Below are positions 1 through 8,647 of a stretch of DNA of 64,000 nt, piece by piece. Position 1 is the stretch's first letter. The number at the start of each line of letters is the position of its first letter. Position numbers and translations under genes: made by a program. Below the pieces are notes generated by a model. That model searched no databases and was not told where the DNA came from. It saw only the letters and a program-made list of their open reading frames with translations. The stretch lies in the NCBI GenBank assembly GCA_963765865.1, contig CAVXYE010000007.1, forward strand, positions 277,923 through 341,922, in the 5' to 3' direction. This DNA comes from an uncultured Actinomycetes bacterium (lineage in GTDB: Bacteria > Actinomycetota > UBA4738 > HRBIN12).

Positions 1-795
1 CTTGATCGCGAGGGCGATCCGAGCGACCGATTGCGCGACCAGCAGCCCGAGGATCAAGCCGACCGTCGGCCCGACCTCGCCCTCCGGCGAACCCGATCCC
101 AACGGGAGGATGACGAGGATCACGATCAACGTGACCAGCGCAGCGCTCACGATGTCGGCCCACCACGCGACCCGCCGTCGCTCGAACCGGTCGATGAACA
201 CCCCGACGAACGGCGACAGGAACGTATAGGGGATGTAGAGCGCGAGGACGACCTTGAGGAGGTAGTCCGCCGACGGCGCCACCGAGATGTCGAAGCCCTT
301 CTCGCCGCCGAACACCAACGCTTTGAAGATGGCTCCCTGGACGACACCCTGGCCGGCCTGCGCCAGGAACTGGTAGCCCATCAGGACGGAGTAGTCGCGG
401 TTCGAGAAGACCGCGAACAGGTTGTTGAAGAATCCGCCGAACGCTTCGAGCAGACGGCGCAGCCAGGCATCGCCCAGCCGGAGCGCCGCGCCGAGGCCGA
501 TCGCGACCGCGACCACGGCCCACCCCTTCCCCGTCGAGAGGGGTCCGCGCCAGATCGCGAGGGTTCCGATCCCGGCGAGCATGATGAGCACGACGGAGAG
601 CCCGGGGATCAGCGCGAACCGATCGATCGTCGACTCGAGCCCGAACCAGCGCCCGGCGAGCCAGCCGGGCACGACCAGGAGCAGCGCGAGGATCGCGATG
701 ACGAGCAGCGTGTGCGGCAGGTTGGCGAGCGGGCCCGGGTGGTTCACGAGGGACTCGACGGTGGCGTTCGCGACGGTGTTCGCCTGCGCGACCAC
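1..795 (-). CDS. MFS-type transporter, N-terminal ~265 aa (gene continues past window start)
   Basis: Not in the supplied ORF track, because its stop lies off-window. Manual reverse-strand translation of the frame with codons at 1-3, 4-6... gives a hydrophobic multi-helix protein. It carries an MFS motif-A-like loop GVFIDRFERRRV and has strongly GC-biased third positions. The start is uncertain: in-frame GTG candidates at 747, 795 and 840. Confidence 0.45.
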   Translation of the reverse strand, partial: MVAQANTVANATVESLVNHPGPLANLPHTLLVIAILALLLVVPGWLAGRWFGLESTIDRFALIPGLSVVLIMLAGIGTLAIWRGPLSTGKGWAVVAVAIGLGAALRLGDAWLRRLLEAFGGFFNNLFAVFSNRDYSVLMGYQFLAQAGQGVVQGAIFKALVFGGEKGFDISVAPSADYLLKVVLALYIPYTFLSPFVGVFIDRFERRRVAWWADIVSAALVTLIVILVILPLGSGSPEGEVGPTVGLILGLLVAQSVARIALAIK

Positions 796-874
796 GTCGG
801 GCGGCGGCGACCACAGCCCCGGCTCCTTGACGACGACCACGTCGGGACCGATCGCGACCCCGTGCGCGAGCGCG

Positions 875-2746
875 TCATCGATGCGGCTGCTGCCGCGATG
901 CCTCGGTGCAGGTCTCGACGCCGTTGCACAGCCCGCCGTAGTACTCGCGGACGATGAACACCGCCGGCGGGTATGGATAGGTCTGCTCACGCAGCTGGAG
1001 CTCTTCGAAATGGCTCTCGGCCGCTCGGTCATAGCCGATGCTCCCGTGCGTGCTGGTGGTCACCCGGTCGGCGAGGAAGTTCTCCAATGAACCGAGGTAG
1101 GTCGCCTGGTACTTCGCCGAGGAACCGGGGAGCCCCGTTCGGAAGACGTTCGTGTAGGTCTTGGCCCACCCGTACGCCGTGTTGGTATGGGTCGCGGGAT
1201 CGTCCTCGTCGTCGTCGTTCACGATCAGGACGAGCGGTCGCACGCCCGCGGCTTCGGCCACGACGTCGACGGCGGCGAGGGAGCCGCGGACGGACTCGTC
1301 GGGATACTGGTTCGCCGCGCTGACCCAGCGGTGCTGGACGCCGTCGATCAGCAGGAAGCCCAAGGAGCCGAGGACCAGCGCGGACGCAGCGGCGACGGCG
1401 ACGATCCGGCGGGTCTGGTCGCTCCGGACGAGCGCGACCCCCGCGAGGCCCGCGATCGCGGCGACGGCGGCCACACCGAACGCCCACGGAGCGATCTGCG
1501 GTTCCGTCAGCTTCGCCGCGTCCACGAGCCACGCGACCACGACGATCCCGGCGACCACCGCGAAACCCCGGAGGAGCGACCGGCGGTCCCGCTGGGTTCG
1601 CGCCCACCAGATCAGCGCGAAGGCCCCGAGACCCACGAGCGCCATCGGCGCGGCGGTGGCGTTCATGAACCGGTAGTAGGGGACGACCGGGGAGTTCGGA
1701 TCTCCGGAGACCTGGGTGCCGGCGCCGAGCACGACCGACGCGATCCCGAGCAGCGGGAACAGCCACCAGCTCGCGGTGACGTCGAAGGTATCCGCGGGGA
1801 GCCGGCGGCGTCGCGCGAGCAGGATCGTCGACCCGATCGCCAGCGCGATGAACGGCACCACGATCACGGGCTGCATCGAGCCGATCCATTCGAGCAGTCG
1901 GTCGACGAAGAACGCCTTCGTGTACGGAGGTGGGAGGGCCGCTTCCTTGAGGCTGGCCGTGGTTCCCCAGATGCCGACGACCCAGCTGGCAAGTCCCACG
2001 AACATGCCGAGCCCGACCGAGAACAGCATCGGCCCGTCGGATCGGAGGGCTTCCCCGAGACGGAACCGGCTCGTCACGAAGTGGAACCCGAACACCGCCA
2101 GGAGCGTCGCGCCGAAGAGCACGCAGGTCGTTGGGTGGGTGAACGCGGCCGCGATCCCGATCAGGAAGAGCGCGGTTCGTGCGCCCCATGACGTCCGCGC
2201 TGCGCCGAGGAACGCCAGCATCAGGCTCAACAGGAAGAGCACGGTGATGTTGTCGAGGTAGCCGACGTAGGGCGTGGTGAGGAACAGCGCCACCGTTGCG
2301 AGCAGCATCGTGAGGAAGGCGACCGGATCCTTCCGGCTCCGCGCCGCGCCGGCCCCCAACGCGAGCCCCGTCAGGATGGGCACGCCGAGCATCAGGAGCT
2401 TGGCCATCGAGTAGGTGTCGATGCCGGCGACGCGCTGCAAGAGGGCACCCTCGAGCGGAACGGTCACCCGGTAGCCGCCCGAGAACAATCCGTCCGGTCC
2501 CCAGTCCCCGACGACGGAACCCGGATCGTCCTCCATCACGACGTTCGCCCGCCACGTGTACCAAGCGGGGTCACGGGTCGGTGCCGCCAGCGACGGGTCG
2601 GCGACGAACCGCCAGCCCAACACGCTCAGCATGAGGAGGGTGGCGGCGGCGAGGACCCACCAGGATCCGAGGCGGGCCGCGGCGACCGGCGGGCGGAGCC
2701 CGCCGGTCGCCGAGGCCGGGCTCACCTGTCGGTCGGTCGAGGTCAT
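875..2746 (-). CDS. Large polytopic membrane protein, putative GT-C-fold glycosyltransferase (ArnT/PMT/DUF2029-like) with a C-terminal extracytoplasmic domain
   Basis: ORF 875..3085, trimmed to the internal ATG at 2746 (MTSTDRQ...). This removes a 113-aa R/S-rich junk extension. About 12 predicted TM helices. The first loop carries acidic EDD/DPAWY motifs typical of GT-C enzymes. A ~200-aa soluble C-terminal domain follows. Confidence 0.55.
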   Translation of the reverse strand: MTSTDRQVSPASATGGLRPPVAAARLGSWWVLAAATLLMLSVLGWRFVADPSLAAPTRDPAWYTWRANVVMEDDPGSVVGDWGPDGLFSGGYRVTVPLEGALLQRVAGIDTYSMAKLLMLGVPILTGLALGAGAARSRKDPVAFLTMLLATVALFLTTPYVGYLDNITVLFLLSLMLAFLGAARTSWGARTALFLIGIAAAFTHPTTCVLFGATLLAVFGFHFVTSRFRLGEALRSDGPMLFSVGLGMFVGLASWVVGIWGTTASLKEAALPPPYTKAFFVDRLLEWIGSMQPVIVVPFIALAIGSTILLARRRRLPADTFDVTASWWLFPLLGIASVVLGAGTQVSGDPNSPVVPYYRFMNATAAPMALVGLGAFALIWWARTQRDRRSLLRGFAVVAGIVVVAWLVDAAKLTEPQIAPWAFGVAAVAAIAGLAGVALVRSDQTRRIVAVAAASALVLGSLGFLLIDGVQHRWVSAANQYPDESVRGSLAAVDVVAEAAGVRPLVLIVNDDDEDDPATHTNTAYGWAKTYTNVFRTGLPGSSAKYQATYLGSLENFLADRVTTSTHGSIGYDRAAESHFEELQLREQTYPYPPAVFIVREYYGGLCNGVETCTEASRQQPHR

Positions 2747-2840
2747 GGGTTCTCCGGTCGGGACTCTGCGCACGCCCACGGGCGGCGGGACGCCGACCGC
2801 GGGCGAGTGTACAGCCCGACCTCTCGCGTCACGCCTTCGC

Positions 2841-3647
2841 TCAGTCCTTCCAGGGATCGACGGCGGGCCGGGGCCGGCGAGACGGAGGCGGAGGCGGCGG
2901 TCGTCGTCGGAGGAACCAGACCGCCCCGAGCAGGACCAGCGCCGCGAGGATCGCGACGACGATCGAGCCGTTGCGCGTGCCGGTCGAACGAGACGGAGGC
3001 GCGGTCGCGCCGACCGGCGACTGACCGACCGCGAAGAACCCGAGGCGGCCGACCGCCGCGTGCACGGACTGTTGGGCGATCGCATCGTCGCTCTGGATCG
3101 CGGACCACGACCGCTCGTCCGTGGACCGGAGGATCGTGTCCGTGAACCCCACGCCCTGGAAGAGCAGCGGGTACACGAGCCCGAGCTCCCCCCGGGTGCG
3201 GAGATCGCCCACGGACGCGCCGCTCGGCTCGTACGTCGCCGTCACCCCGATCACGTTGCCGGCGATCTGCACGCCGGCGGGAAGGGTCGCGTCGGGCTTC
3301 GGGGCGAGGGGGGTCATGACGAGCTGCACCTGGGTGTCCTGCCCGTGGGGGGCGATGGCACCCTGCCCCAGCGCGAGGCTCGCCTGGAAATCCCGGGTCG
3401 AGAACACGGTGGCTGCCGACCCCTTGGTGGGGTCCAGCGCGATCATCGAACGGCCGGCACTGGGGGGTTTGTTCGTCGAGGCGAGCGCGGGGGGAGGGGC
3501 CACCCACCGGTACAGCGGCGGCGGCGCCAGCCCGTCGAGGATGGGACGACGCGACGCGGGCCCCAGCGAACCACTCACCACCGCGCCGACGAGGTAGGCG
3601 AGACACAGCGCCGCGCCGGCGACGGCGGCACGCCGGCGCGCGCTCAC
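2841..3647 (-). CDS. Hypothetical bitopic membrane protein (N-terminal signal-anchor, central soluble domain, C-terminal TM helix, Pro-rich tail)
   Basis: Protein-like part of ORF 2841..3911. The GTG start at 3647 forms a GTGA overlap with the stop of the upstream SBP gene (3644-3646). Shows N-terminal AAVAGAALCLAYLVGAVVSG, C-terminal IVVAILAALVLLGAVWFL, then RRRPPPPPPSRRPRP. Confidence 0.5.
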   Translation of the reverse strand: MSARRRAAVAGAALCLAYLVGAVVSGSLGPASRRPILDGLAPPPLYRWVAPPPALASTNKPPSAGRSMIALDPTKGSAATVFSTRDFQASLALGQGAIAPHGQDTQVQLVMTPLAPKPDATLPAGVQIAGNVIGVTATYEPSGASVGDLRTRGELGLVYPLLFQGVGFTDTILRSTDERSWSAIQSDDAIAQQSVHAAVGRLGFFAVGQSPVGATAPPSRSTGTRNGSIVVAILAALVLLGAVWFLRRRPPPPPPSRRPRPAVDPWKD

Positions 3648-4891
3648 GGCTCGATCCGGATCGCGGCGATCGGTGCGGTCGCGAACCGCTGCGGCCACAC
3701 CACCGCCCGCACCCCGGGGCGAACCCATTCCCAGATCACGCTCATCGCTCGGAGGTTGGCGCCGGGGTCCGGGGACCCCGGCGGCGCGAACGCGAGACCG
3801 CTGCCGTTCGGGAGCTCGCCGATCGGCACCCGCATCCGGAGCGCCGCGGCGGCGGCGGCCTCGGGTGTCATCTGATCCGCGGCGGGAAGCACCATGTGGA
3901 ACAGCGCCCACGCCGCGGAGAACCCGGCGAGTGCCGCCGCGCTCATCTCCTGGTGGTAGCGGCCCTCGTACGCGGTTGACGCGCGGTCGAGCAGCACCCG
4001 ACCCGAAGGGGTCAGACCCGCCGGATCGACGTATTCGCTGTCGAGCTTGTCGGAGGAGAACAGCCCGACCGCCTCGCGGCCGAGCGCCGCACCGAACGCC
4101 GGCATGCAGTAGCTCGACGACGTCCCGATGTTGGTGATGAGCCGCAGCCCCTGCCGCACCATCTCCCGGCGGAGCGCGATCCCGTCGCGGACGTACGCCG
4201 AGACGAACAGGACGTCGGGGTGCACCCTCGCGATCCGCCGGATGACCGCGCGGGCATCCAAGTGGGCCGCGTCATAGACGAAGCGGCCGACGAAGGGCAG
4301 CCCCAGCGATCTGATGCGGGCGATCGCGCCGTCGGCGACGGCGCTCCCGTACACGTCGTCCACGTTCGCCACGGCGAACCGCAACGAACGGGGGGATCGG
4401 CGGAGCATCGGGAGCAGCTGCCGATCCACGAACGAGATCGCATCGCTCCCGAGCAGTTCCCCGCTCGGCGCAACCCGGAAGAACAGCTTGCCGCCGCTGG
4501 AGGGGGACGAGGACCCGACCGCGCCCGTCTCCCAGAACAGGACGTCTCGCCGGGCGGCCTCCGCGGCGGCCGGTTGCGAGATCGTGCTCCCGTAGCTCCC
4601 GAGGATGAAGCGGATCCCTTGATCGGCGAGGTTGTCCACGGCGCCCGGGGCGGCATCGCCACCGGCGACATCCAACGGAGCGAGCTCGATCGGTCGCCCG
4701 CCGATCCCCCCGTCGGCGTTCACCAGATCGGTCGCGAGCGAGACACCGCGGAACTCGTCCCGTCCCCCGGGGCCTTGGGAACCACTGAGGGGGTAGATCG
4801 CACCGACCCGGATCGGCTCCGGGCCCCTCGAGCACGAGACGCCGCCGGCGAGCAGCGAGGAGACCGCCAGTACCGCGAGCGCCCTTCTCAT
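3644..4891 (-). CDS. Leu/Ile/Val-binding-protein family (type I periplasmic binding fold) solute-binding lipoprotein; orphan, with no cognate permease or ATPase nearby
   Basis: ORF 3644..5203, trimmed to the ATG at 4891 (MRRALAVLAVSSLLAGGVSCS...). Signal peptide ends at a Cys (lipobox-like). GAIYPLSG... matches Peripla_BP_6 / LivJ-like proteins. ATGA overlap with the upstream CPBP gene. Confidence 0.75.
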   Translation of the reverse strand: MRRALAVLAVSSLLAGGVSCSRGPEPIRVGAIYPLSGSQGPGGRDEFRGVSLATDLVNADGGIGGRPIELAPLDVAGGDAAPGAVDNLADQGIRFILGSYGSTISQPAAAEAARRDVLFWETGAVGSSSPSSGGKLFFRVAPSGELLGSDAISFVDRQLLPMLRRSPRSLRFAVANVDDVYGSAVADGAIARIRSLGLPFVGRFVYDAAHLDARAVIRRIARVHPDVLFVSAYVRDGIALRREMVRQGLRLITNIGTSSSYCMPAFGAALGREAVGLFSSDKLDSEYVDPAGLTPSGRVLLDRASTAYEGRYHQEMSAAALAGFSAAWALFHMVLPAADQMTPEAAAAAALRMRVPIGELPNGSGLAFAPPGSPDPGANLRAMSVIWEWVRPGVRAVVWPQRFATAPIAAIRIEP

Positions 4892-5466
4892 CGGAGGACG
4901 GCGACGAGGTTCGCAACGACGTGCGTCGTCGCGGGCGCGCCCCACCCCCCCGATGCCCATCGCTGCCACGACAACAGGAGCCCGGCTCCGAGGTCGACCC
5001 AGAAGACCGCCGGACCGTAGATCGGAACGTGGAGCGCCGCGAACAGGAGCGCGGACCCGCCGATCGCGATCGCCGCCCCGAACCGCACGAGCCCGCCGTA
5101 GACGAGCCGCCGGAAGAACAGCTCCTCCGACACGGCGGCGAGCGAGTTGAGCAGCAGGACCTCCGGGCCGTGCGGGACGGGGAAGCCGGGGCCGACGAGC
5201 CACGCCGCGAAGGCGATCGCGGCCACCCCCGTTGCCGTGACGATGAAGGGCGAGAGCGATGATGCATCACCCCGCGTGACCGTGGCCGCCAGCGAGGCCG
5301 AGCCCAGCACCACGTACAGCGCGGCGAACACGCCCACGGTCACGGGGAGACCGATGAACGAGGTGCGGACGAGCAGCAACGCCGAGCCGGCGATCACCGC
5401 GAGGACCATCGCCAGGTCGGCGTCGGTCGCTCGCGACCGACGCGCGTGGACCGACACCGCGATCAA
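4888..5466 (-). CDS. CPBP family intramembrane metalloprotease (CAAX protease / Abi domain)
   Basis: Shows the EELFFRRLVYGG and FAALH motifs in a polytopic membrane protein. TTG start at 5466 overlaps the stop of the lipoprotein gene (TTGA). An alternative ATG lies at 5409. Confidence 0.7.
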   Translation of the reverse strand: MIAVSVHARRSRATDADLAMVLAVIAGSALLLVRTSFIGLPVTVGVFAALYVVLGSASLAATVTRGDASSLSPFIVTATGVAAIAFAAWLVGPGFPVPHGPEVLLLNSLAAVSEELFFRRLVYGGLVRFGAAIAIGGSALLFAALHVPIYGPAVFWVDLGAGLLLSWQRWASGGWGAPATTHVVANLVAVLR

Positions 5467-5879
5467 TGCTTCACCTCGAACGCGACCTGGGCGATGACGC
5501 GCGGGTCGAACGGAAGGTGGTCGGAGGCGACGAACTCCACGCGCAACACGTGCAGGCCGGGTTGGACGGCCGTGAGCTTGGCGCTGGTGGAGAAGTTCAT
5601 CGATTCGATCTGATCGTCGAGGTACAGATGGAGATGCCCTTGATCGGGCGTGATGTTGGTGGTCGTCACCGGGACGATCGTGGCGTTCTCCAGCCGGACC
5701 TTCACGTCGACGACCGATCCGTGGACCACCTCACCGTCGGTCGGCGTCACGATCTGGACCTTGGCAGGACTGCTCGGCCTGGCGCCCGGGAGGGAGTCCG
5801 AGGCGCTGGTCGCCGACGAGCACGCGGCGCAGAGCACGAAGAGCACCAGCCACCCGACGACCGGTCGACGATCAGCCAC
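5463..5879 (-). CDS. Secreted (lipo)protein with a beta-sandwich-like domain; His-rich HLHLYLDD motif, possible metal binding
   Basis: Protein-like C-terminal 138 aa of ORF 5463..6032. Signal peptide RRPVVGWLVLFVLCAACSS. Putative GTG start at 5879, overlapping the Fur stop by 8 nt. The start is uncertain. Confidence 0.5.
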   Translation of the reverse strand: MADRRPVVGWLVLFVLCAACSSATSASDSLPGARPSSPAKVQIVTPTDGEVVHGSVVDVKVRLENATIVPVTTTNITPDQGHLHLYLDDQIESMNFSTSAKLTAVQPGLHVLRVEFVASDHLPFDPRVIAQVAFEVKH

Positions 5880-6336
5880 GGAGCGTATCGGCCCCCACCT
5901 CCGCGGCGCAATCGGCGCAGAGCCCGAGCAGGTCCAACCGGTGGGAGACTCGAGCGAACCCCGCACGCTTCGCGATCCGGTCGAGCGTTCGTTCGAGCGT
6001 TCGCTCGAGCTCCTCGGGAACGTCCACATCACGCATCTTGCCGCATCGCGAACAGACGAGGTGGTGGTGGTGGCCGATCAGGTCCTCGGCCAGCTCGTAC
6101 CGCCCGAACTCCTCATCCGTCACCAGCCGGCGCACCACCCCGGCCTGCTCGAGCGCGGCGAGGTTCCGGTAGACCGAGCTCTGTTTGAGACCGGAGCCGC
6201 CCGCGAGGATGTCCGGGATCGACACGGGGCTCCCCGCGTCGGCGAGCAGCTCGATCAATCGCCGACGTTGCGTCGTGTACCGCTGGCCGGCTGACCGGAG
6301 CCTCGCCGTCGCGGTCGCGTCGAGGTCGAAGCTCAT
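5872..6336 (-). CDS. Fur family transcriptional regulator (Fur/Zur/PerR-like)
   Basis: 154 aa. HTH-like N-terminus, HHHHLVCSRCGK...CADC with two CxxC pairs. ATG at 6336 with a strong SD (GGAGAGGAAcacggATG). ATGA overlap with the upstream GT4 stop. Confidence 0.85.
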   Translation of the reverse strand: MSFDLDATATARLRSAGQRYTTQRRRLIELLADAGSPVSIPDILAGGSGLKQSSVYRNLAALEQAGVVRRLVTDEEFGRYELAEDLIGHHHHLVCSRCGKMRDVDVPEELERTLERTLDRIAKRAGFARVSHRLDLLGLCADCAAEVGADTLRG

Positions 6337-7595
6337 CCGTGTTCCTCTCCGCGGAGCTCGAACAACGCCTCCGGGTACCGGACGCCGAGGCCGCGAGCTG
6401 CGTGCCGCGGGCCGAGGCCCGCGGGACGCAGCCCGCGCGCCCACCGCGCGATCGCGTTCCGGACGGGATCGGCGCGGAGCGCGACCAGGTCGTCGATCGC
6501 CTCCAGGTACACCGCAGCGGTCGTCGCGGGCGCCAGCGCATCGCGCGCGTACGCCCCCGCACGGTCGCCGATCGCCGCTCGACCCTGCGGGTCGCCGGCG
6601 AGTCGATCGATGACGTCCGCGAGCTCTTCCGGATCGGGCCGTCCCGGCCCGATCCGGACCACGACGTCGTCGGGGACCTCGAGGTACGTGCCGACGCCGC
6701 TCACGATCGTGGGCGTTCCCACCTGGAGGGCTCGCACGAGCGAGCCGCTGGACTCGCCCCGGTGCGGATACCGGAGGTTGACCAGGATGTCGAAGGCGCT
6801 CAGCCACGCGAGGAACTCGTCGTCGGCGACATCCGCGAAGACACGTACCCGCCCCCCGACGCCGGCGTCGCGGATCGCGGCGTCGACGTCCCACCCACCT
6901 CGTCGTCCGACGAGGACGAGCCGGACGGTCGAACGGACGTGTGCGAGCGCTTCGAGGAGCTGCGGGATCCCCTTCGTGGCGTTGAGGTCGCCCGCGACCC
7001 CGACCACGACCTCATCGGGACCTGCCACGCCGGCACGAAGCTCGTGCCCGCGGACCCGAGCACGCTCGATGTCCGCTTCCCGCTCAACGGTGGGGTGCGG
7101 CGCCACGAGGACGGGCGTCAGGCATCCGACCCGGTCGAGGTAGCTCTTCGCGAAGCCCGAATGGACGATGACGGCACGTGCGCGTCGAACGAGTTGCGCG
7201 CACCAAGGGACCCCGAGCGGATCGTCGTGATCCGCTCCCCTCGGCGTCGCGGCGATCGCTTCCTGGCGCGCGGGCGCGGCGAGCGGGCTCCTCACCTCGC
7301 CGAGGCCCCAGATCAGACCGTCGACCGCGAGGTCGTGGAGCACCACCACCCCCGGATGCCAGACCGACAGTGCGTAGATGTCGCCGTGGAACTCCACGTT
7401 GTTGCCGATCTGGTAGATGCCGACGTCGGCTGCGCGGACGCGCGCGCCGGCGTCGGGTTCGAACGGCGACACCGGATCGATCATGTGTCCGGACGCCGCG
7501 TCGATGTGGTCGAGCCCCTCGAGGACGGACGCCGCGTACGTCGCGATCCCGGTCTTCGCCGGAGGGAGCGGCGAGACGAACGCGACCGTCGCCAT
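6333..7595 (-). CDS. Glycosyltransferase family 4 (GT-B, Glycos_transf_1)
   Basis: 420 aa. C-terminal Glycos_transf_1 signature (RGESSGSLVRALQVGTPTIVSGVGTYLEV). 1-bp TGATG overlap with the upstream GT4. Confidence 0.8.
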   Translation of the reverse strand: MATVAFVSPLPPAKTGIATYAASVLEGLDHIDAASGHMIDPVSPFEPDAGARVRAADVGIYQIGNNVEFHGDIYALSVWHPGVVVLHDLAVDGLIWGLGEVRSPLAAPARQEAIAATPRGADHDDPLGVPWCAQLVRRARAVIVHSGFAKSYLDRVGCLTPVLVAPHPTVEREADIERARVRGHELRAGVAGPDEVVVGVAGDLNATKGIPQLLEALAHVRSTVRLVLVGRRGGWDVDAAIRDAGVGGRVRVFADVADDEFLAWLSAFDILVNLRYPHRGESSGSLVRALQVGTPTIVSGVGTYLEVPDDVVVRIGPGRPDPEELADVIDRLAGDPQGRAAIGDRAGAYARDALAPATTAAVYLEAIDDLVALRADPVRNAIARWARGLRPAGLGPRHAARGLGVRYPEALFELRGEEHG

Positions 7596-8647
7596 CAGCC
7601 GAGGAGACGGCGGACGACGCCGGGCCAGTCGGGCATCTTCTCGGCGACGAACGTTCGGCCGGCCGCGCCCAGACGTTCCCCTCGCGCGCGATCGTGGAAG
7701 AGCTCGTCGAACGCCGCCGCGATCTGCTCGGGCTCCGGCTCCACGATGACCCCGGTCTCCTCGTTCCGAGCGAACTCGAGCGGGCCACCGGAGTCCGTGG
7801 TCACGATGACGGGCCGGCCCGCGGCCATCGCCTCGATCGTCACGTAGCCGTAGTCCTCCTCATAGGGACCGAAGTAGACGCCCAGCGCGTCGCGATAGAG
7901 CTCGATCAACTCGTCGTCCGATACGCCGACGCGGATCTCGACGCGATCGGCCAGCCGCGCGTCCGCGATGCGCGTCCGGATCTTCTCGAGCTCGGTTCCC
8001 GACCCGACGAGCAACAACCGGACGTCCGACCGCACGTGCTGCATCGCATCGACGGCAAGCGCCTGCCGTTTCAGGGGGTCGAATCGGCTGGGGAACAGGA
8101 GGTAATCGCCTCCACCGTCACCGGGATCACGAGCCAACAGACGCTCGGTGAGATCGGAGCGATGGTAGAGGACCTCGCCGCGCACCCCGAGGGATCGCTC
8201 GAGCCGGCCCTTCACGTTCTCGGAATTCGTGAAGATCCGTTCGGCCTCCCCGAACGCGAGACGGTCGGAGGCGACCACCAGATCCCGGATCGCCGATCCG
8301 TCGGGAGCTTTGGAGAGATCGCCGAAGCCCGGATGACCCCACAGCTCATAGGCCGTGCGTTGCTGGTGGATGAGCCAGATGATCTTGCGCGGATGGTTGA
8401 CCAGGTATGCGGGAAACTTCATCGCGACGACGAGGTCGATGGACATCCCGTTGGCTTCGCGCAGATCGAGGCTCCGCCAGAGCCCCATCTGGTGCACCAG
8501 CTCCGAGGGTGGTGCCCACTGGAACGGGATCGTGGCGATCTCGGCCTCGTGACCGGCCTCGCGCAAGGCGCGGATCAATCCGTTGGCGTGCGTTTCGGCG
8601 CCGCCGGACATGAACGGGGGCTGGGGATGGCACACGAGGATCCGCAT
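7595..8647 (-). CDS. Glycosyltransferase family 4 (GT-B)
   Basis: 350 aa. EDYGYVTIEAMAAGRPVIVT...GG..E signature. 1-bp overlap with the upstream methyltransferase stop. Confidence 0.8.
   Translation of the reverse strand: MRILVCHPQPPFMSGGAETHANGLIRALREAGHEAEIATIPFQWAPPSELVHQMGLWRSLDLREANGMSIDLVVAMKFPAYLVNHPRKIIWLIHQQRTAYELWGHPGFGDLSKAPDGSAIRDLVVASDRLAFGEAERIFTNSENVKGRLERSLGVRGEVLYHRSDLTERLLARDPGDGGGDYLLFPSRFDPLKRQALAVDAMQHVRSDVRLLLVGSGTELEKIRTRIADARLADRVEIRVGVSDDELIELYRDALGVYFGPYEEDYGYVTIEAMAAGRPVIVTTDSGGPLEFARNEETGVIVEPEPEQIAAAFDELFHDRARGERLGAAGRTFVAEKMPDWPGVVRRLLG

Noticed and set aside
31-957. Long ORFs in the track rich in R/G/P/D, e.g. 31..957(+), 1187..2191(+), 2556..3875(+), 12911..14245(-), 21474..23846(+), 36350..38929(+), 45213..48101(+), 61551..63848(+)
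   Set aside because: These are low-complexity, rare-codon, antisense or out-of-frame readings of real genes. They are an expected artefact of about 70% GC, where stop codons are scarce in every frame. The overlapping frames with family motifs and GC-rich third positions were taken instead.
2747-3085. 113-aa N-terminal extension of ORF 875..3085 (MRSPNSPCTRRSAASGSS...), and similar R/S-rich leaders on ORFs 3644..5203, 5872..6894, 9881..11065, 15686..16807, 16219..17901 and 29234..31606
   Set aside because: These arise because the track extends each ORF to the first in-frame ATG/GTG/TTG. The true starts were placed at internal codons supported by RBS, family N-terminus alignment, or overlap coupling with the upstream stop.
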